64,000 nucleotides of DNA from an uncultured Methylomirabilota bacterium (GCA_963705305.1 OY970067.1:896001-960000), one strand, 5' to 3'; shown: positions 8,278 to 18,490, counted from the first letter of the stretch. Notes: generated by a model from the letters alone, not told the origin. Made by a program: numbers and translations.

Positions 8278-9624
8278 ATGGACGGAGTCTTTCGCTACAT
8301 CGACGAGAACCGCCAGCGGTTTCTCGACGAGCTGTTCCTTCTGCTTCGCCAGCCCAGCATCAGCGCTCAGAACCAGGGCGTCGCCGAGTGCGCAGCATTG
8401 CTCAAGCGGCAGATGGAGACCATCGGCATCCCCACACAGATCCTGCCCACGGCCGGGCATCCGGTGGTCTGCGGCGAGGTGAGGGCGCCCGCCGCCGCGC
8501 GCACAGTCCTCATCTATGGGCACTACGACATCCAGCCGCCGGAACCCCTTGACCTCTGGAAATCGCCCCCCTTCGAGCCGACCATCCGCGACGGGCGCAT
8601 CTGGGGACGGGGGACCGGCGACAACAAGGGACAGCTCTTCGCCCACCTGAAGGCGGTCGAGGCGATCCTGAAGGTCAACACCACCCTCCCGCTGAACGTG
8701 AAGTTCCTCTTCGAGGGCGAGGAAGAGGTCAGCAGCCGCAGCCTCAGGGCCTTCATGGAAGCCAACCGGGCCAGACTTGCGGCGGACTACTGCTTCTGTT
8801 CGGACGGTGGGATGTACCCCGCCGACCAGCCCGTCGTGGTCTTCGGAGTCCGCGGCATCCTCTACGTCGAAGTAATCGCCAGCGGCGCGAACCGCGACGT
8901 GCACTCCGGGAACCTCGGAACGTTCGTGCCCAAGCCCGCCTGGCGGCTGGTCCAGTTCCTCAACACCCTGGCGGACCCGAGCGGAAGGGTTCTGGTGAAG
9001 GGCTTCTACGACGCGGTGGTCCCGCCCAACGAGGTGGAGGCGAAGGCTATCGCCAGAATCCCCTTCGACACCCGGGTCCTCAGGGATCTGGGTGTGCGCG
9101 AGGTGCTGCCGTCCGGCGGCCCCTCCTTCCCCGAGCGGGTTATGTTCCATCCCACGCTGAACATCTGCGGGCTGACCAGCGGCTACGGCGGGCCGGGCAT
9201 GAAGACCATCGTTCCGCACAGGGCCTCGGTCAAGATCGATATGCGGCTGGTGGTGAACCAAGATCCCGACGATATCTTCGAGAAGTTCACGGCCCATGCG
9301 CGCGCCCACGGATACGGTGACCTGCGGATCGAACGGCTGGGCGGCTTCTACCCGTCCCGCACGCCCATCACCCACCCCCTGGGGCGGGCCGCCGTGGCGG
9401 CCGTCCGGCACGGCTTCGGCAAGGAGCCCCTGCTCTTGCCGTGCATGGGCGGCAGCGATCCGGACTACTACTTCACCAAAGTGCTGGGGCTGCCGCGGGT
9501 GAACGTCCCCTACGCCCCCCACGACGAGAACAACCACGCGCCCAACGAGAACATCATGCTGGAGGGATTCTTCAACGGCATCAAGACGACAGCCGCCTTT
9601 CTGTACGAGGCGTCCCGACTCTGA
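8278..9624 (+). CDS. M20/M25/M40 metallopeptidase (dipeptidase-like)
   Basis: YGHYDIQP, GRGTGDNKG, EGEEE, HSG, NHAPNE; SD GGAGG upstream. Confidence 0.92.
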   Translation: MDGVFRYIDENRQRFLDELFLLLRQPSISAQNQGVAECAALLKRQMETIGIPTQILPTAGHPVVCGEVRAPAAARTVLIYGHYDIQPPEPLDLWKSPPFEPTIRDGRIWGRGTGDNKGQLFAHLKAVEAILKVNTTLPLNVKFLFEGEEEVSSRSLRAFMEANRARLAADYCFCSDGGMYPADQPVVVFGVRGILYVEVIASGANRDVHSGNLGTFVPKPAWRLVQFLNTLADPSGRVLVKGFYDAVVPPNEVEAKAIARIPFDTRVLRDLGVREVLPSGGPSFPERVMFHPTLNICGLTSGYGGPGMKTIVPHRASVKIDMRLVVNQDPDDIFEKFTAHARAHGYGDLRIERLGGFYPSRTPITHPLGRAAVAAVRHGFGKEPLLLPCMGGSDPDYYFTKVLGLPRVNVPYAPHDENNHAPNENIMLEGFFNGIKTTAAFLYEASRL

Positions 9625-9670
9625 GATAAGGGGCGGACGGAGGACTGGCTCAGCACTCAAGGAGGATCGC

Positions 9671-11224
9671 ATGATGCGCAAGAGACTGCTCCTGGTCTTC
9701 CTGGCCTCGGTGATCGCGGTGGGGCTGCTGCCGCCGTTTGGCGGGCCGGCCCACGCCGCCAAGGACAGGGTGGTGGTGGCGTTCGGGTCCAACATTCCGA
9801 CCCTGGACCCGCACATGCACACCAGCCGCCTTGCCCACATCGTTGATTATCACCTGTACGATACCCTGCTGTACCGCGACCCCAAGGACAACTACAAACC
9901 CAGCCCCTGCCTGGCCACCTCGTTGAAGAGCCTCAATCCGACCACCTGGGAGCTGAAGCTGCGCAGGGGTGTGAAGTTCCACAACGGCGAGCCGTTCAAC
10001 GCCGAGGCCGTCAAGTTCTCCCTCGAGCGCATCCTCGATCCGGCCCAGAAGTCCCTCATCCGCGGGAATTTCTCCTGGATCAAGGAGATCAAGGTCATCG
10101 ACGACTACACCGTGCAGCTCATCACCGACAAGCCCTTTCCAGCCGCGGCGGAGTACCTGACCCTGGCCTACATCGTGCCGCCCAAGTACCTGAAGGAGGT
10201 CGGGAACGAGGGCTTTTCGAAGAATCCGGTTGGCACCGGCCCCTACAAGTACGTCGAGTGGCGGAAGTCCGAGCACTTGATTCTGGAGGCGTTCCCCGGA
10301 TACTGGAAGGACAGCCCCAAGGGAATGCCCAAGATCAAGACCATCGTCTTCCGGGCCATCCCCGAGACCACGACCCAGATTGCCGAGCTGCTCTCGGGGG
10401 GCGTGGACATCATCCGGAACGTCCCGCCCGATCAGATCCCGCTGATCAAGAGCTCGTCCAATGCCCGCATCTCGGCCACCAAGATCCTGCGGGTCAACTT
10501 CCTGATGCTGGACAGCTTCGGCCGGGCCAGCCAGACCCCCCTCATGAACCAGAAGGTGCGGCTGGCCATGGCTTATGCCATCAATGTGGACGAGATGCTG
10601 AAGCAGATCCTGGGAGGCTACGCCGAGCGGACAGCCGCGGGGGTGAACCCATTGCACTTCGGGTACGATCCCGCCATCAAGCCCTATCCATATGATCCCG
10701 AGCGGGCCAAGAAGCTTTTGGCGGAGGCCGGCTACCCCAACGGCTTCGAGGTCACTCTCAACACCTACGGTGGCAGCATCACGAGCGTGGACCAGATGGC
10801 GGATGCCATCACCGGCTACCTGGGAAAGGTCGGCATCAAGGTCAAACGCCGCCACATCGAGGACGTGGGGCTCTGGACCAGCTCCAACAAGGAGGGCAAG
10901 CTGGAGGGGATGCTCTACTACAGCTGGGGCTCCAACTCCATCTTCGACGCCGACGCCCTGCTCTACGCGCTGGGCTACTCCAAGGAGCCGCTGAGCTACA
11001 TCAAGGACCCCGACCTGGACGCCCTCCTCGACGCGGCGCGCACCCAGATCGATCCCAAGAAGCGGCTGGAGGCCTATTCCAAGGCCCAGAAGCTCATGCA
11101 CGAGAAGGTCTACTGGATCCCGATCAACGTCCAGTACACCATCGAGGGCGTCAACAAGGACCTCAATTACGAGGCCAGCAGCGACGAGATGATGCGGGTC
11201 TACAGCGCGTCCTGGAAGAACTAG
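9671..11224 (+). CDS. Peptide/nickel ABC transporter substrate-binding protein (family 5)
   Basis: Signal peptide, TLDPH, LRRGVKFHNGEPFNAEAVKFS, PVGTGPYK, YDPERAKKLLAEAG. Confidence 0.95.
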   Translation: MMRKRLLLVFLASVIAVGLLPPFGGPAHAAKDRVVVAFGSNIPTLDPHMHTSRLAHIVDYHLYDTLLYRDPKDNYKPSPCLATSLKSLNPTTWELKLRRGVKFHNGEPFNAEAVKFSLERILDPAQKSLIRGNFSWIKEIKVIDDYTVQLITDKPFPAAAEYLTLAYIVPPKYLKEVGNEGFSKNPVGTGPYKYVEWRKSEHLILEAFPGYWKDSPKGMPKIKTIVFRAIPETTTQIAELLSGGVDIIRNVPPDQIPLIKSSSNARISATKILRVNFLMLDSFGRASQTPLMNQKVRLAMAYAINVDEMLKQILGGYAERTAAGVNPLHFGYDPAIKPYPYDPERAKKLLAEAGYPNGFEVTLNTYGGSITSVDQMADAITGYLGKVGIKVKRRHIEDVGLWTSSNKEGKLEGMLYYSWGSNSIFDADALLYALGYSKEPLSYIKDPDLDALLDAARTQIDPKKRLEAYSKAQKLMHEKVYWIPINVQYTIEGVNKDLNYEASSDEMMRVYSASWKN

Positions 11225-11235
11225 GCTAGCGCGGC

Positions 11236-12153
11236 ATGGGTTCGTACGTTCTGAAGCGTCTGGCCGAGGCCGTTGTCGTCTGCTTCGGCATCTCGGTCAT
11301 CACCTTTCTGCTGCTGCACGTGGCGGGTGACCCGATCAACTTGCTCTTGTCCATCGAGTCCAAGGCGGAGGACGCCATCCTCCTGCGGAAGACCCTGGGC
11401 CTCGACCAGCCGCTGTACGTCCAGTACTGGATCTTCCTGAAGGGACTGCTCCGGCTCGACTTCGGGAACTCCCTGTTCATCCGGGAGTCGGCGCTCAGCC
11501 TGGTGCTGGAACGGCTGCCGGCCACGCTGGAGCTGACTGTTGCGGGGATGGTGGTGGCCATCCTGATCTCCATTCCTCTCGGCGTGCTGGCGGCGATCCG
11601 CCGCTACTCCGTTCTGGACAACCTGTGCACCATGCTGGCGGTCTCGGGCCAGGCCATGCCCATCTTCTGGCTGGGCCTGATGCTGATCATCCTCCTGTCG
11701 GTGAAGCTCCATCTGCTGCCTGCTTCCGGGCGCGGCACGCCCCTGCATCTGGTCATGCCCGCCATCACGCTGGGCGCCGCCCTAGCCCCCATCATCATGC
11801 GGATGACCCGCTCCAAGATGCTGGATATCCTCTCCGCCGACTACGTCCGCACGGCCCGGGCCAAGGGCGTTCATGAGCGGCTGGTCTTGTTCAAGCACGC
11901 CTTCCGGAACGCCTCCACCCCGATCGTGACCATCCTGGGCCTCCAGTTCGGTCGCCTGTTGGGCGGAGCCATCATCACCGAGACGGTCTTCGCCTGGCCC
12001 GGGCTCGGGAACCTGGCCGTGACGGCCATCCGGAATTTCGACTATCCCCTGGCCCAGGCCGCCATCCTGACGATGGCCCTGATGGTCGTCCTGGTGAACC
12101 TGGCCATCGACATTCTGGTGGGCTTCCTCGATCCGCGGATCCGGTTCGACTAA
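11236..12153 (+). CDS. Peptide ABC permease (DppB/OppB type)
   Basis: GLDQPL.VQY, YVRTARAKG, ETVFAWPGLG, LDPRIR. Confidence 0.95.
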   Translation: MGSYVLKRLAEAVVVCFGISVITFLLLHVAGDPINLLLSIESKAEDAILLRKTLGLDQPLYVQYWIFLKGLLRLDFGNSLFIRESALSLVLERLPATLELTVAGMVVAILISIPLGVLAAIRRYSVLDNLCTMLAVSGQAMPIFWLGLMLIILLSVKLHLLPASGRGTPLHLVMPAITLGAALAPIIMRMTRSKMLDILSADYVRTARAKGVHERLVLFKHAFRNASTPIVTILGLQFGRLLGGAIITETVFAWPGLGNLAVTAIRNFDYPLAQAAILTMALMVVLVNLAIDILVGFLDPRIRFD

Positions 12154-12166
12154 CGGGGACCCGGGC

Positions 12167-13006
12167 GTGACCTTGCGCAAGGTATGGAAACACCGTGCCG
12201 GCATCGTGGGGCTGCTCATTGTGCTCGGGATGTCCGCGGTGGCCGTCTTCGCCGGCTCCGTGTCCCCCCACGATCCTTACGATCAGAACGTCATGAACCG
12301 GCTCAAGCCCCCCGTGTGGGCCGAAGGGGGGAGCGCGGACCACCTGCTGGGGACCGATCCGGTGGGGCGGGACATCCTGAGCCGGATCATTTACGGATCG
12401 CGGATCTCCCTGGCCACGGGGGCCTCCGCGGTGCTCATCGCCGTCGTCATCGGGGTCCTGCTCGGCCTGGCGGGAGGGTACTACGGCGGCCTGGTGGACT
12501 CGGTCATCAATAACCTGGTCAACATCATGATGGCCTTCCCCTTCATGCTGCTGGCCTTGACCGCAGTGGCCGTCATGGGCCCGAGTTTTCGCAACCTCGT
12601 CATCGTCCTCGGCGTCACCGGCTGGCCCATCTACACCCGCGTCATCCGGGCCGAGGCCTACCACCTGAAGGCCCTGGAGTTCGTATCCGCCGCGCGGGCC
12701 ATTGGCCTCTCCAGCCTGCGGATCATCGGCAAGCACATCCTGCCCAACGTCATCAACACCATCATCGTCACCGCCAGCCTGGAGGTTGCCCGGATGATCA
12801 TCCAGGAGTCCTTTCTCAGCTTCCTGGGCCTGGGGGTGCAGCCTCCGACCCCGTCCTGGGGGGGAATGCTGGGCGAGGGGCGCACCTACATGCTGACCCA
12901 GTGGTGGCTGGCGGCCTTCCCCGGTCTGGCCATTTTCATCACGACCCTCGGCATCAACCTGCTGGGCGACGGCCTGCGCGACCTGTTGGACCCCCACCAG
13001 TATTGA
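12167..13006 (+). CDS. Peptide ABC permease (DppC/OppC type)
   Basis: HLLGTD.VGRDILSRIIYG.RISL, HILPN, LSFLGLG.QPPTPSWG.ML, GDGLRD.LDP. Confidence 0.95.
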   Translation: MTLRKVWKHRAGIVGLLIVLGMSAVAVFAGSVSPHDPYDQNVMNRLKPPVWAEGGSADHLLGTDPVGRDILSRIIYGSRISLATGASAVLIAVVIGVLLGLAGGYYGGLVDSVINNLVNIMMAFPFMLLALTAVAVMGPSFRNLVIVLGVTGWPIYTRVIRAEAYHLKALEFVSAARAIGLSSLRIIGKHILPNVINTIIVTASLEVARMIIQESFLSFLGLGVQPPTPSWGGMLGEGRTYMLTQWWLAAFPGLAIFITTLGINLLGDGLRDLLDPHQY

Positions 13007-13033
13007 GTCCCCGTCTCGCCTCGGGCAAACCGT

Positions 13034-13063
13034 TTGACAGCCCTTTCCGTCCCTGGATACAAT
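13034..13063 (+). promoter_or_regulatory. Sigma70-type promoter, probably leaderless, for glgD-glgC
   Basis: TTGACA (13034-39), 18 bp spacer, TACAAT (13058-63); ATG at 13070 with no SD. Confidence 0.7.
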
Positions 13064-13069
13064 CAAATC

Positions 13070-14332
13070 ATGAACAGGATTCTCGGCATGGTCCTGGCGG
13101 GGGGGCGGGTGGACGAGCTGCTGGTGCTCACGGCCAACCGGCCCAAGAGCGCCCTGCCGATGTGGGGGATGTACCGGATCATCGATTTCGTCCTCTCCAA
13201 CCTGATGTACGCTGGGATCGAGGTCGTCGGCGTCCTGTCGCAATACCGGCCCTATTCCCTGATCACCCACCTGGCCAACGGCGAGCCCTGGGATTACGTC
13301 GGCCGCTCCCGCGCCCTGCGGATCCTGAGCCCCTACAAGGCCGCCGAGGACTCCGACTGGTACAAGGGCACGGCCGATGCCCTGTACCAGAACCTCGGCT
13401 TCATCGAGCGGTACGCCCCCGACCTGGTCCTGGTGGCGTCCGGCGACCACGTCTACTCCATGGACTACCGCCCCCTGCTGAGGCAGCATGCCGCGACCGG
13501 GGCGGACCTCACCATCGCATTCAAGCGGGTCCCCCGCGAGCGCGCCCATCTCTACGGTACGGCCGTCCTGGATCCGGCCGGCCGCGTCGTGACCTATCAG
13601 GAGAAGGTACAGAACCCGGAGGGAGACCTTGCCTCCCTGACCGTCTATGTCTTCAACACGACCTGCCTCGTGGACCGTCTGAAAGAGAACGCCCGCGAGG
13701 GCACACACTTCCAGATCTACTCGGAGATCATCCCCCGCATGGTGGCGGAGGGGGCGCGGGTATACGGGTGGGTGTTCAACGGGTACTGGCAATACGCCCG
13801 GACCCTGGATACCTACTACACCACGAACATGGACATCCTGAGCGACCGCGGCCCCGATCTCTCGGCCTGGCAAGTGCGGACGAATCTCAACCCCGGCACC
13901 ATGGGCGACCGTGTTCCGACCCTGTTCCTGGAATCGGCGCGGGCGAGCGGCTCACTGGTGTGCTGCGACGCCGTTCTGGACGGCAGCGTGGAGAACAGCA
14001 TCGTCTCGCCGGGGGTCGTCATCGAGCGCGGGGCCGTCGTGCGCGACTCGGTGATCATGAGCCGCTGCCGGATCGAGTCCGGGGCCGTCGTGGATCGGGC
14101 CATCCTGGACAAGGGCGTGCGCGTGGGCCGGAACGCCTGCGTGGGCTGGGGGGAGATCGTTCCCCACGATCAGCATGCCCACACCCTGTCCGGCGGGGTG
14201 ACGGTGATCGGTAAGGGCTCCACCATCCCGGCGGAGCGCCGCATCGGCCGCAGCTGCGTCGTCCATCCCGGCCTGCGCGAGGCCGACTTCCCCCGGGCGG
14301 ACGTCCGCTCCGGGACGACGGTGGGCCCATGA
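13070..14332 (+). CDS. glgD: ADP-glucose pyrophosphorylase-like subunit, GlgD type (probably regulatory)
   Basis: GlgC-like throughout (YRIIDF.LSN, WYKGTADA, SGDH, hexapeptide repeats) but has LAGGRVDEL in place of the GGxGxRL loop; adjacent to a canonical glgC. Confidence 0.75.
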   Translation: MNRILGMVLAGGRVDELLVLTANRPKSALPMWGMYRIIDFVLSNLMYAGIEVVGVLSQYRPYSLITHLANGEPWDYVGRSRALRILSPYKAAEDSDWYKGTADALYQNLGFIERYAPDLVLVASGDHVYSMDYRPLLRQHAATGADLTIAFKRVPRERAHLYGTAVLDPAGRVVTYQEKVQNPEGDLASLTVYVFNTTCLVDRLKENAREGTHFQIYSEIIPRMVAEGARVYGWVFNGYWQYARTLDTYYTTNMDILSDRGPDLSAWQVRTNLNPGTMGDRVPTLFLESARASGSLVCCDAVLDGSVENSIVSPGVVIERGAVVRDSVIMSRCRIESGAVVDRAILDKGVRVGRNACVGWGEIVPHDQHAHTLSGGVTVIGKGSTIPAERRIGRSCVVHPGLREADFPRADVRSGTTVGP

Positions 14333-15603
14333 GATCGGCGCGGGATACGCTGGTGATGCTCCTGGCCGGCGGCGTGGGCAGCCGGCTCAACATCCTGGCT
14401 TCCGAGCGGGCCAAGCCCGCCGTGCCCTTCGGCGGCGCCTACCGCATCATCGATTTCACCCTGTCCAACGTCATGCACTCCGGGCTGGAGCGCGTCGGGC
14501 TCCTCACGCAGTACCGCCCCCTCTCCCTCATGGACCACGTGCGCGGCGGGGAGCCGTGGGATCTCATCGGACGCGAGCGCGGCGTGAAGATCCTCCCGCC
14601 CCACACCGGCAAGGAGGATTCGGACTGGTACAAGGGGACGGCCGATGCGGTGTACCAGAACCTGGAGTTCATGGACGAGCACCGGCCGGACAAGGTCCTC
14701 ATCCTGTCGGGCGACCATATCTACCGGATGGACTACGAGCGCATGATCGCCGCCCACGAGTCGCGCGGCGCCAACGTCACCATCGCCGCCATGCCGGTCC
14801 CCTGGGAGGACACCCAGCGCTTCGGGGTGATCGCGGCCGACACAACCTCCTGGATCGTCGAGTTCCAGGAGAAGGTGAAGGACGCCAAGAGCAACCTCGC
14901 CTCCATGGGCGTCTACGTGTTCAGCTACGCCGTGCTGGCGGAGGAGCTCCGGAGCGTGGTCGGAACCAGGACGGGCTTCGACTTCGGCAAGGATATCGTG
15001 CCGGGGATGCTGGGCCGGAGGAAGCTGCTCTGCTACCCCTTCAAGGGGTACTGGCGGGACGTGGGGACGATCAAGGCCTACCACGAGGCCAACATGGACT
15101 GCCTGAACGCCGAGAGCGGCCTCGACCTTCGGCGCTGGGAGCTTCGCTCGGCGCCGGAGGTCCAGCGCTCGGGAGACCGGCCCCCCATCCTGCTGGGCCG
15201 CGCCGCCTCGGTGACCCGCTCACTCGTCGCCAAGGGCTGTGTCATCGAAGGCGGCGTGGAAAACAGCGTGATCTTCCCCGGCGTGCGCATCGGCAAGGGG
15301 GCCCGGGTGCGGGATTCGATCATCATGCACGACAGCGCGGTGGGCGACGGCTGCCGGGTCGAGTACGCGGTCATCGACAAACGGTGCGTGTTGGGCCCCG
15401 GGACCATCATCGGCGAGGGCCGCGCCGACGTGGCCAACCGGAAGTTTCCCGGTCACCTCGACTGCGGCATCAGCGTGGTTGGCAAGACCGTCGTGATTCC
15501 CGGCGGCACGATGGTGGGCAAGAACTGCATCATCGCGCCCCGCGTGGACCTGACCGCGCACGGCGCGGTGCGCCTGGAGGACGGGGAAACCGTCGAATCC
15601 TAA
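14329..15603 (+). CDS. glgC: Glucose-1-phosphate adenylyltransferase
   Basis: LAGGVGSRL, RAKPAVPFGG.YRIIDF, WYKGTADA, SGDH, FQEK, ASMG.Y, DFGKD, YWRDVGT. Confidence 0.95.
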   Translation: MRSARDTLVMLLAGGVGSRLNILASERAKPAVPFGGAYRIIDFTLSNVMHSGLERVGLLTQYRPLSLMDHVRGGEPWDLIGRERGVKILPPHTGKEDSDWYKGTADAVYQNLEFMDEHRPDKVLILSGDHIYRMDYERMIAAHESRGANVTIAAMPVPWEDTQRFGVIAADTTSWIVEFQEKVKDAKSNLASMGVYVFSYAVLAEELRSVVGTRTGFDFGKDIVPGMLGRRKLLCYPFKGYWRDVGTIKAYHEANMDCLNAESGLDLRRWELRSAPEVQRSGDRPPILLGRAASVTRSLVAKGCVIEGGVENSVIFPGVRIGKGARVRDSIIMHDSAVGDGCRVEYAVIDKRCVLGPGTIIGEGRADVANRKFPGHLDCGISVVGKTVVIPGGTMVGKNCIIAPRVDLTAHGAVRLEDGETVES

Positions 15604-15870
15604 CAGGCTGCCGAAAAAGGCCCATCCGCCGGGTACCCATCTGATGGGTGCCCATCCTTCGGACGGGTACCCCGCGCGCTTGGGCACTCGCTGCGGCGTA
15701 GCGGAAGTACGCCTTGACCCGCCTGCGGCGGGTGCCCCGCCCCGGGTACCCATCCCAAGGGGTGGGTGACGCTGCCTTGCCGTTCGGCTTGCTCACGGCC
15801 CCGAGCGACGTCGAGGGGCATCTGGACCTTTTTGAGCAGCCTGGGCGAAAGCGGGTTTTTCAACCTCCTG
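15604..15870. mobile_element. MITE-like palindromic element, copy 2, with CTAA target duplication
   Basis: CTAA (15600-03) + CAGGCTGCCGAAAAAGG ... GCATCTGGACCTTTTTGAGCAGCCTG ... TTTTTCAACCTCCTG + CTAA (15871-74). Confidence 0.8.
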
Positions 15871-15999
15871 CTAAGGGCTGCACTCCAGCGGAATCTCCGT
15901 CATTCCGGCGAAAGCCGGAATCCAGAATTTCCCCCCCTGTCGCTCCGGCGAACGCCGGGCCCGGGATGGCAACGCCGAGAAACCTCCGAAGGCCCTACC

Positions 16000-16680
16000 C
16001 TATCCAAGAGTCCGCTTCAGGCGCGAGGCGCGCCATTTCCAGGGGCGGTCCTCCGCCCGACGGTACCAGGGGGCGGTCCGGTACGAGGTGAAGGCCTCCT
16101 GGAGCGCGGCGCGCGCCTCATCCCGCCTCGCCAGACGATCCAGCGCCTCCCCCAGCTTGTACCAGCCCTCCACGCTGGAGCCGTGTATCCCGGTGGCCTG
16201 ACGGTAGCGCTGGGCCGCCTCCTCCCACTCGCCGCGCTCGGCCCGGAAGTCCCCCAGGCGCAGGTACGGCTCCCCGTAGCCGAATTTGGGATTGATCTCA
16301 AGGGCTCGCTCCACCAGTTGGCGCCCCCGCTCGATGTCGCCGTCGTGCAGCAGACACAGACCCAACCCGTAGTTGGCCTCGGATAGGTCGTCAACGCGCG
16401 GGAAGGCCTGCTCCAGCTCCGCCCGGGCCTCCTTGAAGCGTCCGCGCCGGACCATGATCATCCCCAGGTCGGTCCGGGCCTTCACGTCGTGCGGGTTGAG
16501 GCCGAGCTCGCGCCGGAGCCGCCCCGCCTCTCCCCACTCTCGCATTTTTCGGCTGAGTCGCCAGGCCCAGCGCGAGCCCGCCCACCATCCCGGCAGGGAC
16601 AGGAGGACGAGGACCAGGATCGCCAGGATCGGATTGCCGAGGATCCAGGTGAGCAGGGCGAAGAGGAGGAAGCGACCCAT
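16000..16680 (-). CDS. Membrane-anchored TPR-repeat protein
   Basis: N-terminal hydrophobic segments, then TPR helices (ARTDLG, ANYGLG, YLRLG, WYKLG). Confidence 0.85.
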   Translation of the reverse strand: MGRFLLFALLTWILGNPILAILVLVLLSLPGWWAGSRWAWRLSRKMREWGEAGRLRRELGLNPHDVKARTDLGMIMVRRGRFKEARAELEQAFPRVDDLSEANYGLGLCLLHDGDIERGRQLVERALEINPKFGYGEPYLRLGDFRAERGEWEEAAQRYRQATGIHGSSVEGWYKLGEALDRLARRDEARAALQEAFTSYRTAPWYRRAEDRPWKWRASRLKRTLG

Positions 16681-16825
16681 ACCGACTCCAGGCCGGGGTG
16701 CCGACGCGTTCGCACGCCGGAACGCGTCGCGGCGCCTCCCATTTCGGCTTCCGAGCCCCCGGGCCACATGATGAGAATGGGGACGGAGGTCCCGTCCCCT
16801 ATCGCGCGGTTGTCCTGCGCCAGGA

Positions 16826-17395
16826 TCACGCCGTCAGGATCTCTTTCAAGCGCGCCTTGGAATCTTCCAGAACGACAGCGTGCAGGCTGTTGCCGTGGGC
16901 ATCCATCGTGACCACGGCCGGGAACTCCTTCACCCGCAGCGCCCAGATGGCTTCCGGGCTGCCGAACTGCTCGAGATACACACCCAAGACCTCGGTGACG
17001 CTTTCCGCCAGGACCTGGGCGGCTCCCCCCACGGCATGCAGGTACACGCAGCCCACCTTGGCGCAGGCCTCCAGGGTCTTGGGACCCATGCCCCCCTTGC
17101 CGATCACCGCCCGCAGCTTGAACCGCTCGATCAATTCGCCCTGGAACGGCTCTTCCCGGATCGAGGTCGTCGGTCCGGCCGCCGTGACGACCCACTTGCC
17201 CTTCTGCTTGATCACCACCGGGCCGCAGTGGTAGATCATCTGGTTTTCCAGTGGCACCGGCGGGGGATTTCCCTCGTGCAGGTACTTGTGCACGGCGTCG
17301 CGGCCGGTATAGACCTTGCCGGAGATGTGCACCATGTCCCCCGTCTTCAACGCGCGGATCTTCTCCTCGGTGTACGGCTCAGCCAGCTGGATCAT
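16826..17395 (-). CDS. Class I fumarate hydratase / tartrate dehydratase, beta subunit
   Basis: YTGRDAVH, YHCGP, AGPTTS.R, IGKGGM, MDAHGNSL. Confidence 0.92.
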   Translation of the reverse strand: MIQLAEPYTEEKIRALKTGDMVHISGKVYTGRDAVHKYLHEGNPPPVPLENQMIYHCGPVVIKQKGKWVVTAAGPTTSIREEPFQGELIERFKLRAVIGKGGMGPKTLEACAKVGCVYLHAVGGAAQVLAESVTEVLGVYLEQFGSPEAIWALRVKEFPAVVTMDAHGNSLHAVVLEDSKARLKEILTA

Positions 17396-17416
17396 GATCG
17401 CCCCCTGGGGAGAGAT

Positions 17417-17445
17417 GTCAGTGGTCAGCGGTCAGCGGTCAGCGG
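17417..17445. repeat. Short heptamer tandem repeat (GGTCAGC)n, followed by REP copies at about 17497 and 17555
   Basis: gtcagtggtcagcggtcagcggtcagcgg in the gap between the fumarase subunit genes. Confidence 0.6.
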
Positions 17446-17611
17446 CGCTGGTAATGCAGCGCGTCGGAAATCTCTTGATGTCCTGTCACCCCGGCAGTCA
17501 TTCCGGCGAAAGCGGGGGCCGGAACTACATATCGGCACCTCGATGTCATCTTCCGTCATTCCGGCGAAAGCCGGAATCCAGTCGGACCCGGCCCGCCCTG
17601 GACCCCCGCTG

Positions 17612-18490
17612 CTAATACAGCCACTTGACGACCTTGCCATCCTGGCTCAGTACGTAGCCTTGGCGGCGGTAGGCCCAGCACATATACGACACCGACACGA
17701 AGAAGCTGGCCGGCAGGCGGTTGAGCGCGCCGATCTTGCACCCCAGCAGCGTGGTGGCCCCCCCGAACCCCATCGGCCCGATGTTGAGCTTGTTGGCGCT
17801 GACGACGATGTCCTTTTCCAGCGCCGCCAGCGCGCGATCCGGATTCACATCGTCCAGGCTGCGCAGCAGCTCTTCCTTGGAGTGCAGGTACCCCGTGGCC
17901 CGGTCCCCCCCGATGCAAACGCCCAGGATGCCCGGACTGCAGCCCTTCCCCTGGGCCTGGACCACGGCGTCCAGGATGGCCTTTCGCACCCCATCCAGGT
18001 CCCGGCCCGCCCCCAGCCGCACGTCGGGCAGCGAATACTGGGCCCCCACGTTCTCGCAGCCGCCGCCCTTCAGGACCAGGCGCACCTCCAGCCGCGTCCC
18101 CCGGTGCTGGTGAAAGTGAATGACGGGGCTCCCCGGCCCCAAATTGTTGCCCGTGTTCTTCCCGGTGATCGAGTCGACCGAGTTCTGGCGGAGGAACCCC
18201 TTGGCCGTGGCCTCCGCCACGGCGCCGGCCGCCGCCTTCTCGAAGGCCAGCTGGTCGAAGCCGACGGGGGCCTTCACGAAGAACAGAATGCTTCCCGTAT
18301 CCTGGCAGAGCGGGGCCGACTTCAACTTGGCCAGATCGATATTCTTCACGATGATGTTCATCGCGTAGCTGCCGCGGCTGCCCTCCGTCTCCTCGGCGGT
18401 GCCGCGCTGGACGGCCTGGACGACGTCGTCCGGCAGCTCGGCCGAGGTTCGGCGGACCAGCTCCAACAGGTTGGCCTGCAGATTTCGCAT
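17612..18490 (-). CDS. Class I fumarate hydratase / tartrate dehydratase, alpha subunit
   Basis: PLCQDTG, LRQN, KGGGCEN, GCSPG, IGPMGFGG.TT, CWA.RR (Fe-S ligands). Confidence 0.92.
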   Translation of the reverse strand: MRNLQANLLELVRRTSAELPDDVVQAVQRGTAEETEGSRGSYAMNIIVKNIDLAKLKSAPLCQDTGSILFFVKAPVGFDQLAFEKAAAGAVAEATAKGFLRQNSVDSITGKNTGNNLGPGSPVIHFHQHRGTRLEVRLVLKGGGCENVGAQYSLPDVRLGAGRDLDGVRKAILDAVVQAQGKGCSPGILGVCIGGDRATGYLHSKEELLRSLDDVNPDRALAALEKDIVVSANKLNIGPMGFGGATTLLGCKIGALNRLPASFFVSVSYMCWAYRRQGYVLSQDGKVVKWLY

